Positions 25,468-38,789 of a stretch of DNA of 64,000 bases are shown here, piece after piece. The stretch covers positions 372,001 to 436,000 of the forward strand of contig NW_027271136.1 of the NCBI RefSeq assembly GCF_040938485.1, read 5' to 3'. Below the pieces are notes generated by a model that had not been told where the DNA came from, searched no databases, and saw only the letters and a list, made by a program, of their open reading frames with translations. The translations under genes and the position numbers were made by a program. Each line of letters starts with the position of its first letter. Position 1 is the first letter of the stretch. This DNA is from Diadema antillarum. Its lineage: Eukaryota.

Positions 25468-27417
25468 TTATGCTACGAGATGCTTCATTTGTTCACACTT
25501 TGACCGGAATGAATTGACCATTTCTTGGTCGGCGGGGTCCAGGGCATTGGGCAGCCCTCGCATCTTCATGTCTTCAGTGAAGACAGAGTTCCGTCGGACG
25601 GTCTCCGCTCGGCTGTGGCGCCTCACCCCGGCCTTGTGGGCCAGCTTGGAGCCCACAGTGTGGTGCAAGTCATGAAGTTCATGTTCCCGCTTCTTTTCCT
25701 TTGGTGAAAACACACAAACATGATATAAAAACCGCACGAATGTAGGGCAGATCTGGAAGTATATACGTGTACAGTTCACATGATGTTGAAATAGTTCATG
25801 ATAATGTGTCACAGCTCGGCTTACAAGAACGTCTGCATGATCACGTAAGCCACACAAAAAAAGTTCTTGTAGATTGATTTAGGGAAAACTTACGTCGTAC
25901 GAGACAGTTATCTTTCTATACAAAGTGTCTGTTTTACAGTAGTCTTTTTTTTTTTATTAGAAACCATAGCGGTTTTTGAAGGACTTTCGGGACAAAATGT
26001 TGCCTGTTTTGCCGTAGCATGATCGTCGTAGTTTGACTGAAGTCTAGTTACCACCGTGGAAGTATGATGTTACAACATTCAATCTGATTGTGGCTACTGT
26101 TGTGAAATTGATAAAGAAATATATACTGTATAATATGTTCTTGCATTACCGAGCGACCTTAAAGTTATAATAGCTCGTCGGCAAAATAGGACCTACACAT
26201 TTTTTTTTCTCAAGATGCGTGGTTCAATGCCGTCAGAATTTTATCTACATTAAGGAAAAGTTCAGTCGACGCATTAACATGGCCAAGTTAGTATAATATG
26301 TTGTGTGACAACTGATGGAGAGCTAAATATGTGTAATTTTTTCAAGGACAACGTCTATAGCGCCGAATTATTTCTGTCATGTTTAACCTGTCAATAAAGG
26401 AGCCTTCAAATAAATCGGAAACCATAGGCCTACCTCAAGTCGGTTTGTTAAGGAAGTCAGATCCGCGGATGACAGATTAACCATCGATCCGCCTGAATGA
26501 AGTTTGCCGCCATGAAGTGCAATGGAACCTCGTCGCAGAGAAGGCGCGAGCGCAGACTGCGTTGTCATCTTCAGCAGACTTTCTTTGCGTGACGGCGTGA
26601 AATCGGCGCGGCTCTCCGTGGCCTGTGCCTGCCAGCACGGCTTTCGAGGTGCGAGACTGGCGCGGCGGGGAGCGGCGAGGCTTGCACGCCGCTGAGCCGG
26701 CTTCGCTGGAGACGTTGCGAAGGCGGTTGGTACGGAATGAGGTGACTGCACGTGATTATGATGTGTATTTACTGCCAAATTGAAAGAGATAGCAAGGGAG
26801 AGCGAGGGAGAGAAAGAAGGAAAGGGAGAAAAATAACGAAAGAAAATTATAAGCGAGAAGTTTGGTAATTGCGAAACCATGTCTGGCTGATAGGTCAGTA
26901 TAAGCCCAGCTAAAGTTTACTCAGTTTATGTCTACACCAGTTTTTGTTTAGGGACCTGTTAGTGTTCTTGAATTAATTTCCAAACTTGTCGCATGTCGCA
27001 TGCGTCACGCCGACATACTTTTGAGTTTCATCACACAGTATTCACCAAGCTTTAATGCGCTACTCTTAGATTTATTCGTTTCTATTTCATTGTTTTAGCA
27101 TAAACAAGAAACGAAATATCGTTGCGATTTACGAAGAAAGAGCATAATAGGACAAACTCGAATCTCGGACAGATTTACAGCGTCTGATGATCTGCTCTCT
27201 CAGGTTTTCCTAAGTTATTAGAGTGGTTATCCTCGAAGTAAATGCGTCATTCCCTTGAATTTCGATGTCTGCAACAGAGTATTCTCCACTCACGGTTTGC
27301 TCGACTCAGCTGGACACTGATCCGCCGAGAGGCGGGGCCCTTTAGTCCGATGGTGTCTTGTGCAAAATGGTGCGGACCGTGGCCAATGGGGGCGCCCAGG
27401 CCCTTGTGTGTGCTCAT
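25468..27417 (-). CDS. Uncharacterised 230-aa basic, largely low-complexity protein with seven RRxS/RKxS motifs, 3 coding exons
   Basis: Exons 27417-27294 (ATG; donor C|GTGAGT, phase 1), 26771-26434 (acceptor TTGGCAG; donor GAG|GTAGGC, phase 0) and 25698-25468 (acceptor CCAAAG; stop). Phases join without stops and the exons are GC-rich against an AT-rich background. Protein runs MSTHKGLGAPIGHGPHH...RRASLAAPRRASLAPRK...KCEQMKHLVA. No family recognised. An AG just upstream of the ATG allows a further 5' exon. Confidence 0.7.
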
Positions 27418-27594
27418 CGGACTTTCGCCAAACCTGTGACGTCAAGAAAGAAGCAAACAAAAAGTGAAAGATGATAAGCCAGCTTCTTGCCTCGAAAAGA
27501 ACAAAGTAGGACCTGTATAAGAAGAACGAAAATTGTTTAAAAATCATGATTATCGCAGTTTCTTCTTAGTAACATTGGTTAAGTGTTGACCGGA

Positions 27595-27732
27595 GGGGGG
27601 TCATCAACGTTTGTCAGCGCTGACAACTTGAATCACCATAGTAACAGTCAGTGACCAGAGCATCTCAGCCAATCAAAACCAAGGATTTTGCTGAAATTGT
27701 CAGCGCTGACAAACGTTGATGAAACATCCCCC
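27595..27732. mobile_element. GGG-terminus MITE related to 9761-9908
   Basis: TIR (GG)TCATCAACGTTTGTCAGCGCTGACAA / TTGTCAGCGCTGACAAACGTTGATGA; central CTCAGCCAATCA. Confidence 0.75.
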
Positions 27733-28451
27733 TGGTGGCAGAAAGGGGGTTAGTGTCAAGAGACAGTGAGAGTGACAGAAGGTGTTTATGTGAATGCTGG
27801 TTTATGACAAAACATGCGTGTAAAGCGACTAGCAATATATTGATTGAAGTCTCATGTACAGTTTCTGGCTATCATGGTGCAAACGATTATGTCCTATGCT
27901 GTTTTTTTTTTTTTTTTTACTTTAATGAATAGATTAAGTACTGACCTTGCTACAAGAAAATCGATTGTTTACCAAACGTAATCATATTCCATTCGACTTA
28001 TCTGGTTTTGATCCAAACAGCAAACGTCACATAAAGTCACCATCATAAAGCAATCCTTTTATATTACCACTCGAGCTAAAGGTTTAAATCTACCTTTATT
28101 TTTAGCCTCTCTCACCTCATATTTTGACTGTTCATCACTCAAAGTTTCCGTTCCATGCATGAGTGTCATAGCTATATATCCATCTGTCTTTCTATCATTA
28201 AAAGTGTACGCGTTTTTATATGTTTGTTTTGTTTTGTTTTGCTTTGATTTGATTTTTGCTTTTTTTCATTTCTGTCTCTCAAGCCATGACTGTCTGTAGC
28301 TCTCTCGCAGTTTGGCTCATATCCTCTATCTATTTCTGTCAATCTTATCATTTCTGCTTAAGCCATCTGTTGATATATCTCCGGGTATTGTATCAAAATT
28401 CTACGCATATCCATGCATATCCCGACATGTATCAAACAGAGCCACGCATCC

Positions 28452-31400
28452 TTACGCATGTCGAATAGCCACAGCCTTCAGCACGCCCGACACCACGGTC
28501 ATGTCGTCTTTATCCTTCTTTCCCGCCGTATGTTGTGATTCTGAGAACCCGTGTTCGACATCGGTGTTGAAGGCCACCGATGGCCTGTGACCCTCGCTGC
28601 TTGACCGCGAGGCCGAGTCTATAGGAGAGGGACATGATCAAGATCGAACTGAATCGATATATGTTCTTAACCCTTTATGTGTTTTGAGTGTCGATTGGCA
28701 CACAAACTCCCTGTAGCATTGTATACACTGTTCAAAAGTCTCTGGCACAGATAGGGTTAATCTAGTGTTGCACGGTTTTGCAGAACGTTTCCTTATTGCA
28801 TTCGCAAATAGCGATATTTAACCTTGCTGCTCTCAGTTGAAGCAATCGTAAAACGAAAAAGAAAATCATATAGTAAGGTGTTATAGCCTATAGTGAATGT
28901 AGTGAATGTGCATTATGCTTTCAACTTGCGGGTCTCGGGTTCGAGCAGCTATATATTATACTCGATAAATTATTAATAAATAGTTTGGGGACTAGGAATA
29001 GACTGACCAATGGCAACGCGCTAGTCCAGGGAACGAGTGCGTGTTTTTGTTTATATTCATTCATGTATCTCTACATTCATTAATTCATTTATGAATTCAT
29101 GTGTTCTTACAGCAGATTTGCGGATTCTTCAATTTCTTTTTAAACTACTTTTTTATAGGAATTCCGCGGAAAGAAATGAGAGTATATAGTGTTAATTTCA
29201 GAAAGGGTAATTGATTAAAAACGCTGGCAACTGAAAAAAAGACGAAGAATTGATTATAAGCATTACTTTTGAATGCATCATAGACATTTTTATTTTAAGA
29301 ACATATTCATTTCATTTGAATTTCCTCCAGAAAAGATGGCTTGAGTAATCTCAGAGAATAAGTGTCATGGAATACCTAGGTTTTTACGGATAGCATGATA
29401 CCGCCAATTAAAACGCCGAAAAGCAATATGTATAGGCAATATCTAAAGTGGATGTGAACGCACCGAGAGAGGCGTTGGATGGTGGAGCAGAGCGAGTCTC
29501 GCATCTTGTCTTCGTCGATCCCGACATCGTCGGTGGAACGGATGTCGTCAATGAGTGTAGGGTCACGATCGGTCGTGAAAACCAGTCCAGCTTGGCGAGG
29601 TCACACAGCTTGACCCTTTTTGCGGGGTCAGGAGTCAGCAAGGCGTGGACAAAAGCACGCCCATCTGGGAGGGAAAAGGGAAAGAGATGAATGGTTTCGA
29701 GTTTGATTTCCGGGGGTGTTTTTTTTTCTCCTGTTTTGTTTTCTTTTCCGTACAACATACATGAATACTTTAAACAACGATTAAACCTACGTTGAATTTT
29801 GAAATTCGATGAGGCGAGATTTGAAATATGATACAAAGATGAGCCATCGCTAAGTTTGGTGTAAAATATAGATTTGGCGGCTTATAGCCCATGTCTTGTT
29901 GACGTCATTTATATACACAGTAGAATGGCCGCTGATCACAGACGCGTTTCTGTTGATTTAAACGGGGAGTAATGAATGATGCTTCAAAGTAACAAAACAA
30001 ACGAACAAACAAACGTACGAAAAGTTTCATTTAAAAAAACCCTGTACTCCACGTTTGTAGGTTGTTGGTTGAAATTTGGGTGATGTCACCGACCTTGGGA
30101 GACGGTTTTTGGAAAGCAGAGCTTCTCCTGGGGGTTGTAGATGGAGTCGAGCATGATGTCGAGACTGTCTTCGTGGTACGGGAGTCGTCCACTCAACATG
30201 GCGTACAGCGTCACTCCTAGACACGGGAAAATTAGAAAGACCTTTTTGTTTAGTTTTTTATCTTGTTTTTTTTTTCTCATCTGCAAGATGTAATTTCATT
30301 ATAGGAAAATTAACAAGCGTGTAATAATGGATGTCGATCGTTTTGTCTAGCGTTTAACAGCATGTTTTACATTGATTGAGACAACAAGTAAGCAGATGTG
30401 ACGCGTGGCAAAGTATTGCAAGAAATAAGAAAACATTATCGTGTCCGCCACCGTTTCAAAACTTCGCTCAATGACGTATATTTCATAAGGGCAATATTTG
30501 TACACAATTCCAATTTACTTAAGCTTGCCTGGGTAGCGGCCGGTCTTGTAAGCTTTATCATTGACTGAATAGATCATCAAAAAGATTTATCATTGATATT
30601 GCCTATTAAAGGTTTCAGAAAATACAGTAATTTTGTTGTATGCAAATCCCCATTTAGGACTGGAGGATAATCCATAAGGTGACGCTAACGATGTTTCACG
30701 CTTTTGCCTCCTTTTTAAAGTCGCTGATATACTGCACCGTGTATTGTCAGTTACATTGGTGGTTACCTCCGATGGCGGACATTGAAATCGGGGAACATAC
30801 CAAAACATTTCCTACAAATAAATGTACAAGCAAACAAACAAACAGATGGTACAGGCCAAAGTTCTTACAAAGTAAACACATCGTGCTCGTGCTTCGGCAC
30901 ACCAGAAGCATGTTTTCTCGTGTGTATTGTATCATATTATCATACACTGATACATGAATGTTTTGCATATACTTGTATGTTTGGTTTTTTTTTTTTAAAT
31001 TTGTTTGTTTGTTTTTTGCCGAGTTCAGACACTTTCGTTCTTACCCATACTCCAAATGTCGGTCGGTTTGCCGTCGTAAGGGTCTCCTTCCAAGATCTCG
31101 GGCGCCACATATCCCATCGACCCACACGCTTCCGTTAGCTTCTCACCAGGTGAACATGTAGTGGCCAGGCCGAAATCTGATGACAGGGTGTCAAAGTAGA
31201 GAGGAAATGTTGGCAAAAAAGCATATTATGTTGGCTTGTCTCTTGTCCCTAAATTCAGCTTTGGGCAATATACTCGTAATTATAGGTCAAACCTTATAAT
31301 GACTGTTTCATTATGTTTGTGTTGATGATCCATGTGTATTAAGTTTCTCATAGGGGCCTACTTGAGCGTTCGGTCGCTATACATAGGCCCTATTTTGATT

Positions 31401-33975
31401 TTTGGGGGTGTATTTGTCAGTCAGAACTGTATGCCTTTTTTTTCGTGTGATACCTACGTGATTCAATGATTGTAGACGTGGTAGACAATAATGCGTTGCT
31501 GAAGAAAGATATAGGCCTAACATTTTTGAATTAAGAAGATTATACAGTACACGTGCACGTTATAATGTAATAGTTGAAAAACTGCTGGCACACACCGCAG
31601 AGTTTGAGCTTGAAGTCTGCGTCGAGCAGGAGGTTGCTGCACTTTATGTCACGATGGACGATGTCGAGTTCGTGGAGGTAGGTGACGGCTGACTTCAACT
31701 GATGGAACAGATGTCGAGCCTCGGGCTCCGACAGATGACCATGCTCTTCGAAGGAAACAGAGAGCAACAAAACAACAAAGATACGATTATGTTTATGTGA
31801 CGGATAAGAGGCGCTACTGATATCCGAATTATTCTGTCGGCCTTTTCCTTTTCTTGCCATCCCTTTCCTCTCTGCATTAGCTCAATCAAGAAGAGATTCT
31901 TTGTGCGATTATTTGTCTTTTATTTTGAATTTGTTTCTTTTCCATGGTTCATCAATCGGATACTTCTTATGTCATTAATACTTCTTTCTCTTTGTCATCT
32001 ATAAGTTATACATATACTTCTTATTGTCATTAATATCATGATATAATATTAATATCATGTTTTCGTCACATTTTTTTTTTCGTGGTTTCGTCAGTGTGAC
32101 TGACAAAAGGTCTTGTTGTACACCCCAACCCCACTCATTTCACCCATGTGCACCACAGTTTCCCTGCACAGAAAGTTGGCAGAGTCATTGCTTTATGTTT
32201 TTGTTCATGTGAGCATTTAATGATTTCTGTAAGACACCAAGATACCTTGCTTGTTGATGTATGTGAGTAGATCTCCGTTCGGCATAAAATCCATCAAGAA
32301 ATAGCCTTTGCGATTGGTCAGCAGTACCTCGTGAACTCCAAGCTGTGAGATATATAGTTTAGATCAAATTCTTCATGTATAACATTGATTCAAATTGTAG
32401 CGTTGATTCACAGTGCCATCTGAAAAACGAACAAAATACATTGTACAATGCAACGTACTGCGGTATTGCGATACAGTCATTGCTCCCAGAGTAAAATACG
32501 ACACGTTACGATATGAAATCAAAAATTTTGTGCATTAGTGAACTCTGTACTGAGCAGCAGCTGCAAGTCGTGGTACAATGTGCTTCGCCGTTTCGGATGA
32601 GGAGCTATAGGCGAGATAATTATTAATTTTTGTAAAAACTCGCCTAGCTGCATTGCGTGAGACAAGAAAATTTCCTTGGAATCTGGGCGAGATTTAACAA
32701 GTCACTTTCTTGCCTTCTCGTTCTGAACAAGGCTCCTAGGTGGATTTTGAGAAGTCGTCCTCACGTTTTCTCGTTCTAATATAGGCGCCTGAAAAGTAGC
32801 ATTTCACGCTTCAGCAAGACACATCATGATGATCTTACAATTTGGGTGAATGGATGGGGGTTGGAGTTTGAACTTACGACGTGTTCGTGGAAGAGTTTCT
32901 TGAGGATTATGATTTCCCGCGGAAAGAAAATCTTCCGGACAAAGTCTGGCGCCCCCAACTTGCAGAAAATCTTGAGCGCGTAGTGGCGGTTGCGCTTCCG
33001 ACTGAACACCTTCTTAACCTGGTGGAAAGATTCATAAGCGGATGGAAGTAAAGACATTATAGACTGGATTCTTCAGAAATCATGACAGCCAGAATCACGT
33101 GTTCACAATTTTTCTCCCCGATGTAATAGTTTGGCTGATGTTGTTTGAAAGGGACTAATAGAATTTGTGTCTGACTTGCTAAAGTTAAGTGATGATTATT
33201 GAGATGTCATGTGATAACACAACAATCGAAAGATGACTGACACTTATCCGACTTGTTTCTAGCACTTTAATCTGTCTCTTTGAATACATACCAATTACTG
33301 CAGTGTTTGCTTTGCTTTTTTTTTTCTATTGATTTTAGTCTGTTTTGTTGTCACGACGATCGAACTATACAACATTCAGATCGACGGCACTTTTCGTGCG
33401 CGCGTTTGTTTGTTTATTGGTGTGTGTGTGTATGTGTGTGTGTGTATGTGTGTGTGTTTTGAGCATGCGTCCAACATTTTTTTTTTGTCCTTGTGTTTTG
33501 TGTTTGTTGTCAATTTAATAATTTTCCTTGGATTGCAGCCTTGCGGTAGTCTTAAATATGCCATCCAGTAATACTGATTGATCGATTTGCACAAAAATAG
33601 TGTTTGTTGTTAAGTCATTCAAAATTGATCACACGTTCACCCGTTGAACGTTTTACTCGAAAGCAGTGACAACAGGCAGAACTTTGATACGTAGTTTGCA
33701 TGTGCACCGCTGAATACTGACAGACCAATCGAAGTCGTGTTGATACATCAATGACGCAATTAAAAAAAAAAGACCGGAATTTATAATCATTGCCAGGTGA
33801 TTACCCACGCTACCTTGAAAAAATGACCTGCTCCAAGAACTTCCCCCTCCTCAAGATCAAGGCCCAGTGTGTCGAGCGGCGACGTGTGTTTATCCGGCAG
33901 ATACACGTCCCCCTTTCGCACTAACTTGGTGCTTTCGTCCGTGTAGAGGACTTGTTCGCCGTCCTTTGAAGCCAT
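28452..33975 (-). CDS. Testis-specific serine/threonine kinase (TSSK)-like protein, CAMK group, 8 exons, about 390 aa
   Basis: Exons 33975-33814, 33018-32878, 32342-32246, 31745-31596, 31176-31045, 30216-30094, 29664-29464, 28618-28452; all GT-AG and phase-consistent (1173 nt). Motifs: GAGHFFKV, YALK, APDFVRKIFFPREI (cf. TSSK AP.DF..KFLPREI), HRDIKCSN (cf. TSSK HRDLKCEN), DFG, CGSMGYVAPE, DIWSMGV, LLTPDPAKR. The last exon is the least certain; the alternative is a stop at 29408 without the final splice. Confidence 0.88.
28667..28760. mobile_element. piggyBac-type mini-MITE
   Basis: TTAA|CCC ... GGG|TTAA, 94 bp, lying 46 nt from the last TSSK acceptor. Confidence 0.65.
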
Positions 33976-34249
33976 TGTCAAATTAGCGTTTGGGAGGATC
34001 GTGTTTAGACTTAGCGAGAATCAGCAGGAGATACATTCATTTTCACTGAATGCATTCATTTTCCGAAGCTCATCACAATTTGAATGAAATTTAGTATTGC
34101 GTTAAATTGGCTTAATATGTTTAAGCCATGATCTGTCGATTATGTTTTTGCCTGTCCGTGATTTTTTTCACCTTCTGCAATTGTACCAATGGGCGACAGT
34201 GCCCAGTAACCGATCAGCGAGTAGGGTTTATGTAGGCGCACGTTCATTC

Positions 34250-34457
34250 TGACGTCATAGTGGTATGTGCACTATTCAACCCAACCGCGCAAGGGCTTTG
34301 CACTTTTTGTCTGATGACGTCATAGTGGTATGCGCACTATTCAACCGCGTACTGGCAAGGGCTTTGCACTTTTTGTCTCATGACGTCATAGTGGTATGTG
34401 AGCTAGTATTCGACAGCAAAGCAAGGCGTCATTAGTGCGCAGACCACTATGACGTCA
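34250..34457. promoter_or_regulatory. Cluster of four full CRE palindromes (TGACGTCA) upstream of the TSSK-like gene
   Basis: CREs at 34250, 34315, 34381 (direct repeats of about 65 bp) and 34450 (inverted copy), 275-482 bp upstream of the ATG at 33975. Function inferred. Confidence 0.6.
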
Positions 34458-37400
34458 TTATAGACAGCAAAGTGGAGTCATAGGCTGATTGTCTTGTGTA
34501 TGAAGTTTGAAATTGCATCATTTTTTTTTCACGCACCAGTTCCCCGATATTCGGTGAGCATTCTGACGACGTTTTTCTGTTTCTTTTTCTTCTTTACATA
34601 ATTCTTAGCTCGTTAGTTTCTCGTTGTTATTCTGCCACATTCCAATTCATTTATCAATTTATTCATTCACTCACTCACTATGCAAGCCGAGTAAATGCAC
34701 CTCTTCCTTTCCACTTATAATATTCAGAACTCCACATTGATGACAGCTTTCCACTGCCCAGAAACTGTCTAGTGTCAAACATCTCAAAACTCGAGTGCAT
34801 TTCTATTTGATGGAGAGCTGGGCAAACAGCAATCTTTCACAAAAGACATTTCATTGTTGGACTAATTCTAAAAACGTGATTGGTGTAAAATTTCCCCAGT
34901 TCTGAAGCTGGCAGAGTTGTATCTTTTTCTCACGTAATAATAAAAATATTATCCCCCCCCCCCACACACACACACAAACAAACAAACAAACAAACAAACA
35001 AACAAACAAACTCACACAAGAAGTCTGAATCTCATTTGTAGACCCATAAAGGTCTTGTGATACCAATCTTTAATAATCACCAATATACCATGCATTTGTT
35101 CTTGCAGAACACCCTAGATAGAGCACTATATTCACAATGAACTCTCTCTCTGAATATGATAATAGAAGCAACAGTTGCAAAAAAAAAAAAATAATCCTGA
35201 TGAATTTCAAGCCTGCACTTTTAAGCACATTACACGTCTACATGACACATGCTGTGACTGAATGAGCTCCAATGCTACCCTTACAGCATACTGTACAATA
35301 CTCCTCTCTCAAAAAGTACTTGATCTAGCTATGTTTTATGCCACTAAGGGTGAATGCATTAACAAGTACTCAAAGTTTCCTCTTACCAGGCCAGCACAAG
35401 CAAAACTTTGCTATCGCTCTATATCTGACAAGGGCAAAATGGAAATACATATATTGCTATTTTCAGTCTCCTGCGATTATATTGCACATAATAAGAGTAG
35501 AATTTCTTCTCTCACTCAACATCTTGCATTATCAAAACCAAGCTGCAACAGGAGACGATGCAGCAACATGCTCAAATACATCGCTACATATTTTCAGTTG
35601 TTCTGAAGTTACAGTTTGTTTTCAGGCAACAGCCAATCTTCACATTCCTTGCACATTTCTAAAATGCACATGATTACAAGGTATCACTAAAAAAAAATCT
35701 GTGTCATTTTGGTTACAATGAGAGAAAAACTCATATTCCTGAAAATTCCCCTCACTTCAAGCCAATTTCTATTGCGGGCACTACTTACAACTAATACAAT
35801 TAACAATTTGATGGTACACCTGACTACCTCTTTTACATTTCTTAGTCTAATTTCAACTCTTTTTGACACTGCAAATGCCCACTGAAACTCTTGAAGGCAA
35901 ATCTACCCAGAAAATGATGGATAGATGTGCTGACATTATCTCTACATGCTATGTGAAATCATTTTTACCTTACTGCACAGCACACCATAGTTCTGATTCA
36001 GTCTGAGTGGTATAAATGTCACATTATTATCATTATCAGTATTATTATGCCTATATATATATATTTTTTTTTTTTTTTTGGGGGGGGGGGGAGGGAGGGA
36101 GGGGATTGGGTTGGGGTATTGTATAATTATAATCTTGGAGAGTTTCTTTTTTTCAGACTTTGCTGTATGGTGCTTGGTATGGGTACGTTAAAGATCATGC
36201 TTTTCTGGAGATAAAATATCAGTGGTAATATAATTTTCTGCTAGAAAAATATCATTGCCAGTGATAGTAAGCCAGACAGGGCCTACTGTAAATTATATAG
36301 ATAAAACTTCAGTGCCGCAGGACAATTATTGTTTGGCAGCATAGGGGAGGCAGTGCATTACAAACAAAGAGAAAAATAAGTTTACTAGTTGTAGACGTCT
36401 GGGTTCATCACTATTAAATGCTTGCAACCCTGCAACTACGGACCAACAGTTTAATGCAACTTTAGGCTTTCTCAAGGCTTGCTTCGATCAGTAACGAGAT
36501 GCAGAATTAAAATGGCTTCTTTTGACATTAATATGCACTACCTACTGCAGTATTCCTCTGCACAGCTTTCCCAATATGCATACGTATACATAAGCCTCTT
36601 GAATCAATTGTCAAAGCTGCATCATACACTTTAACACATTGACATACATTTCTCCAAAATTACTTACAAATATACTAACTATTTGTGGTAACGCTAGGAG
36701 ATAATGATACCACATAACATTACTTTAGTTGTATAAAAATATGGGTCGGTTCCTTTTCTTTTGCTCCTGCTCTTCAAATACACACTTACACAAAAAGGTA
36801 ATGCTGCCATTGTTTTTTTACCTTTCAAAATAATCATAAACATTGTGCAATATTTGATATTGCTTTGATCTCAAGCTTAGTATAAATGTGCAGTATTACA
36901 GTCTGCTTGTAATCACTGAGAGAATTTTGCAGAACATGCAATTATTGAGTACATATTATATGTACCGATTATTGGCATATCATCACACACAAAAAAAGTA
37001 TAACCACAGTATTTGGCTAAGCGATGCCCATGAAAAAATTTGGTCAGAATGCTTTCACATTGCTTCAATGTTCACTTTTTATGCAGGCATTAGAAAAGAA
37101 ACCCCTTTCACATCTGAAAATCATCCTGCAAGTTCTGTGTGACTATAGCATCATTGGTACTGTTTGGCCGACATCAATTTTATGAAGTTCTGGCATTCTT
37201 TGCTGGACCATACAGCCAGTCACTCACACCAAATGCCACACTCTATTATTTACAACAAAGTCAGACCGGTTTCTCTGAAATACTGCCTTTCTCAAATAGA
37301 CTTCATCAAGGAATACCGGTGACTGTATTGACATGTTCACTTCTCACTGCAATACCTTGGGTTAATTTGATCTCCACTTGACCTTTGACCTGAGAAACCT

Positions 37401-37588
37401 AAAATATCCTTCCCAAGATACAAGTGAAGAGGGCATACAAAGGAGAGCTACTACATTTACAGGTTCAACAAAATATGTAGACAAGGTATGTATCATTAAT
37501 AATGACATCACTCAACATTTGAACTGTGACACCGTTACATGGTTCAATCTAAAAGCACACTGCTGAATTCTATGCAACAAATCACATC

Positions 37589-37681
37589 TTAACCTGTTGA
37601 GGACAGACTGATTTTGCTACAACACGTATTTCCCATAGACACTTGCCTGAGTATACTCGGGACTCATCCTCAACCGGCTAA
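37589..37681. mobile_element. piggyBac-type mini-MITE (second family)
   Basis: TTAACCTGTTGAGGA ... TCCTCAACCGGCTAA. Confidence 0.55.
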
Positions 37682-38789
37682 TTAACTTCCAAATCTGGCC
37701 ATTGTCAAGAACTGAATATATGACTGTTGGTTTGTTTGGTTTTCTGACTAATCAGGATGCCGTTGTATAGGCAAAACAGTACATGCTCATGACTTGTCAT
37801 GTGGTTGATGCAACCTATATTTCCTGGGAGCAACTAATTCTGATGAAGTCTTTAACTCTGTCATAAAATAAGGTTCCACTGAATATGAAATGACAGATGC
37901 CACTTTGTTTTTACTGTGTGCCAACCTGCACTCCACTAATCTCCATCAATTGCTAATCAAAGTGAGGCACAAAATAGCCACGTGAACTCATTTAAAACAA
38001 ACAATCATGCCATTCTGACAAAGATTCATGCTATTTACCATGATATTGCTTCATACTCTATGGACATGCTTTGAAATACCTATTTAAGATAATATATATA
38101 GAACTTGAATATTTCACTACAGTTTCACAAACATCTGAGGGAAACATTGTGCACCCTTTTGAATATGACATGACATAAAAGCAAGCATGCCAAGGATTGT
38201 ATGGCCTTTTAATTTTCTTTTTTTCACACTCTTTTTGTATTCTTTTTTTAAAAACAAACTACTGCCACCTTGCAAATAGCATTCAACATTACAAAATAAC
38301 TAAATAATTATTTCATGCACCATTACAACATATTACAGACTCTCATTGGAGAGGTTATCACCCACTTAACTGAATCTTTTGATATCATCATAAACACCTA
38401 TTCTGCAGTCAGCACTACAACACACATCATACACAGGATGCCGTCCAAGATTCAAAATGACCATGTAGTAGAATGAGTAAACTTGGTTTACTTTAGGGGA
38501 AGAAAAACAAAATCTGGATTGCATCCTTTACAATGACCTCAAAGAACATGATGTTTGTGACAGACTGAGACAAAATGCAACATTAGTGTGGAGTAGAATT
38601 ATTCCTTCTCCGTTTAGGAGTCTGCTCATTTTGCCTTTGCTGACTGACAATTTTCCAATTCCAGCTTTATGCAGTTCCCTTCTAAATTTCAGTCAAGAGC
38701 CACATTTTTCTCTCATCACTCTAACATTTCAGACAAGCTTCCGTGCAATGTGCAACACATTTTTCTTTTCACTTTTAATATATACCACA

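Noticed and set aside
28880-28950. tRNA-like GGGTTCGAG B-box
   Set aside because: No cloverleaf or acceptor stem can be drawn; at most a decayed SINE head.
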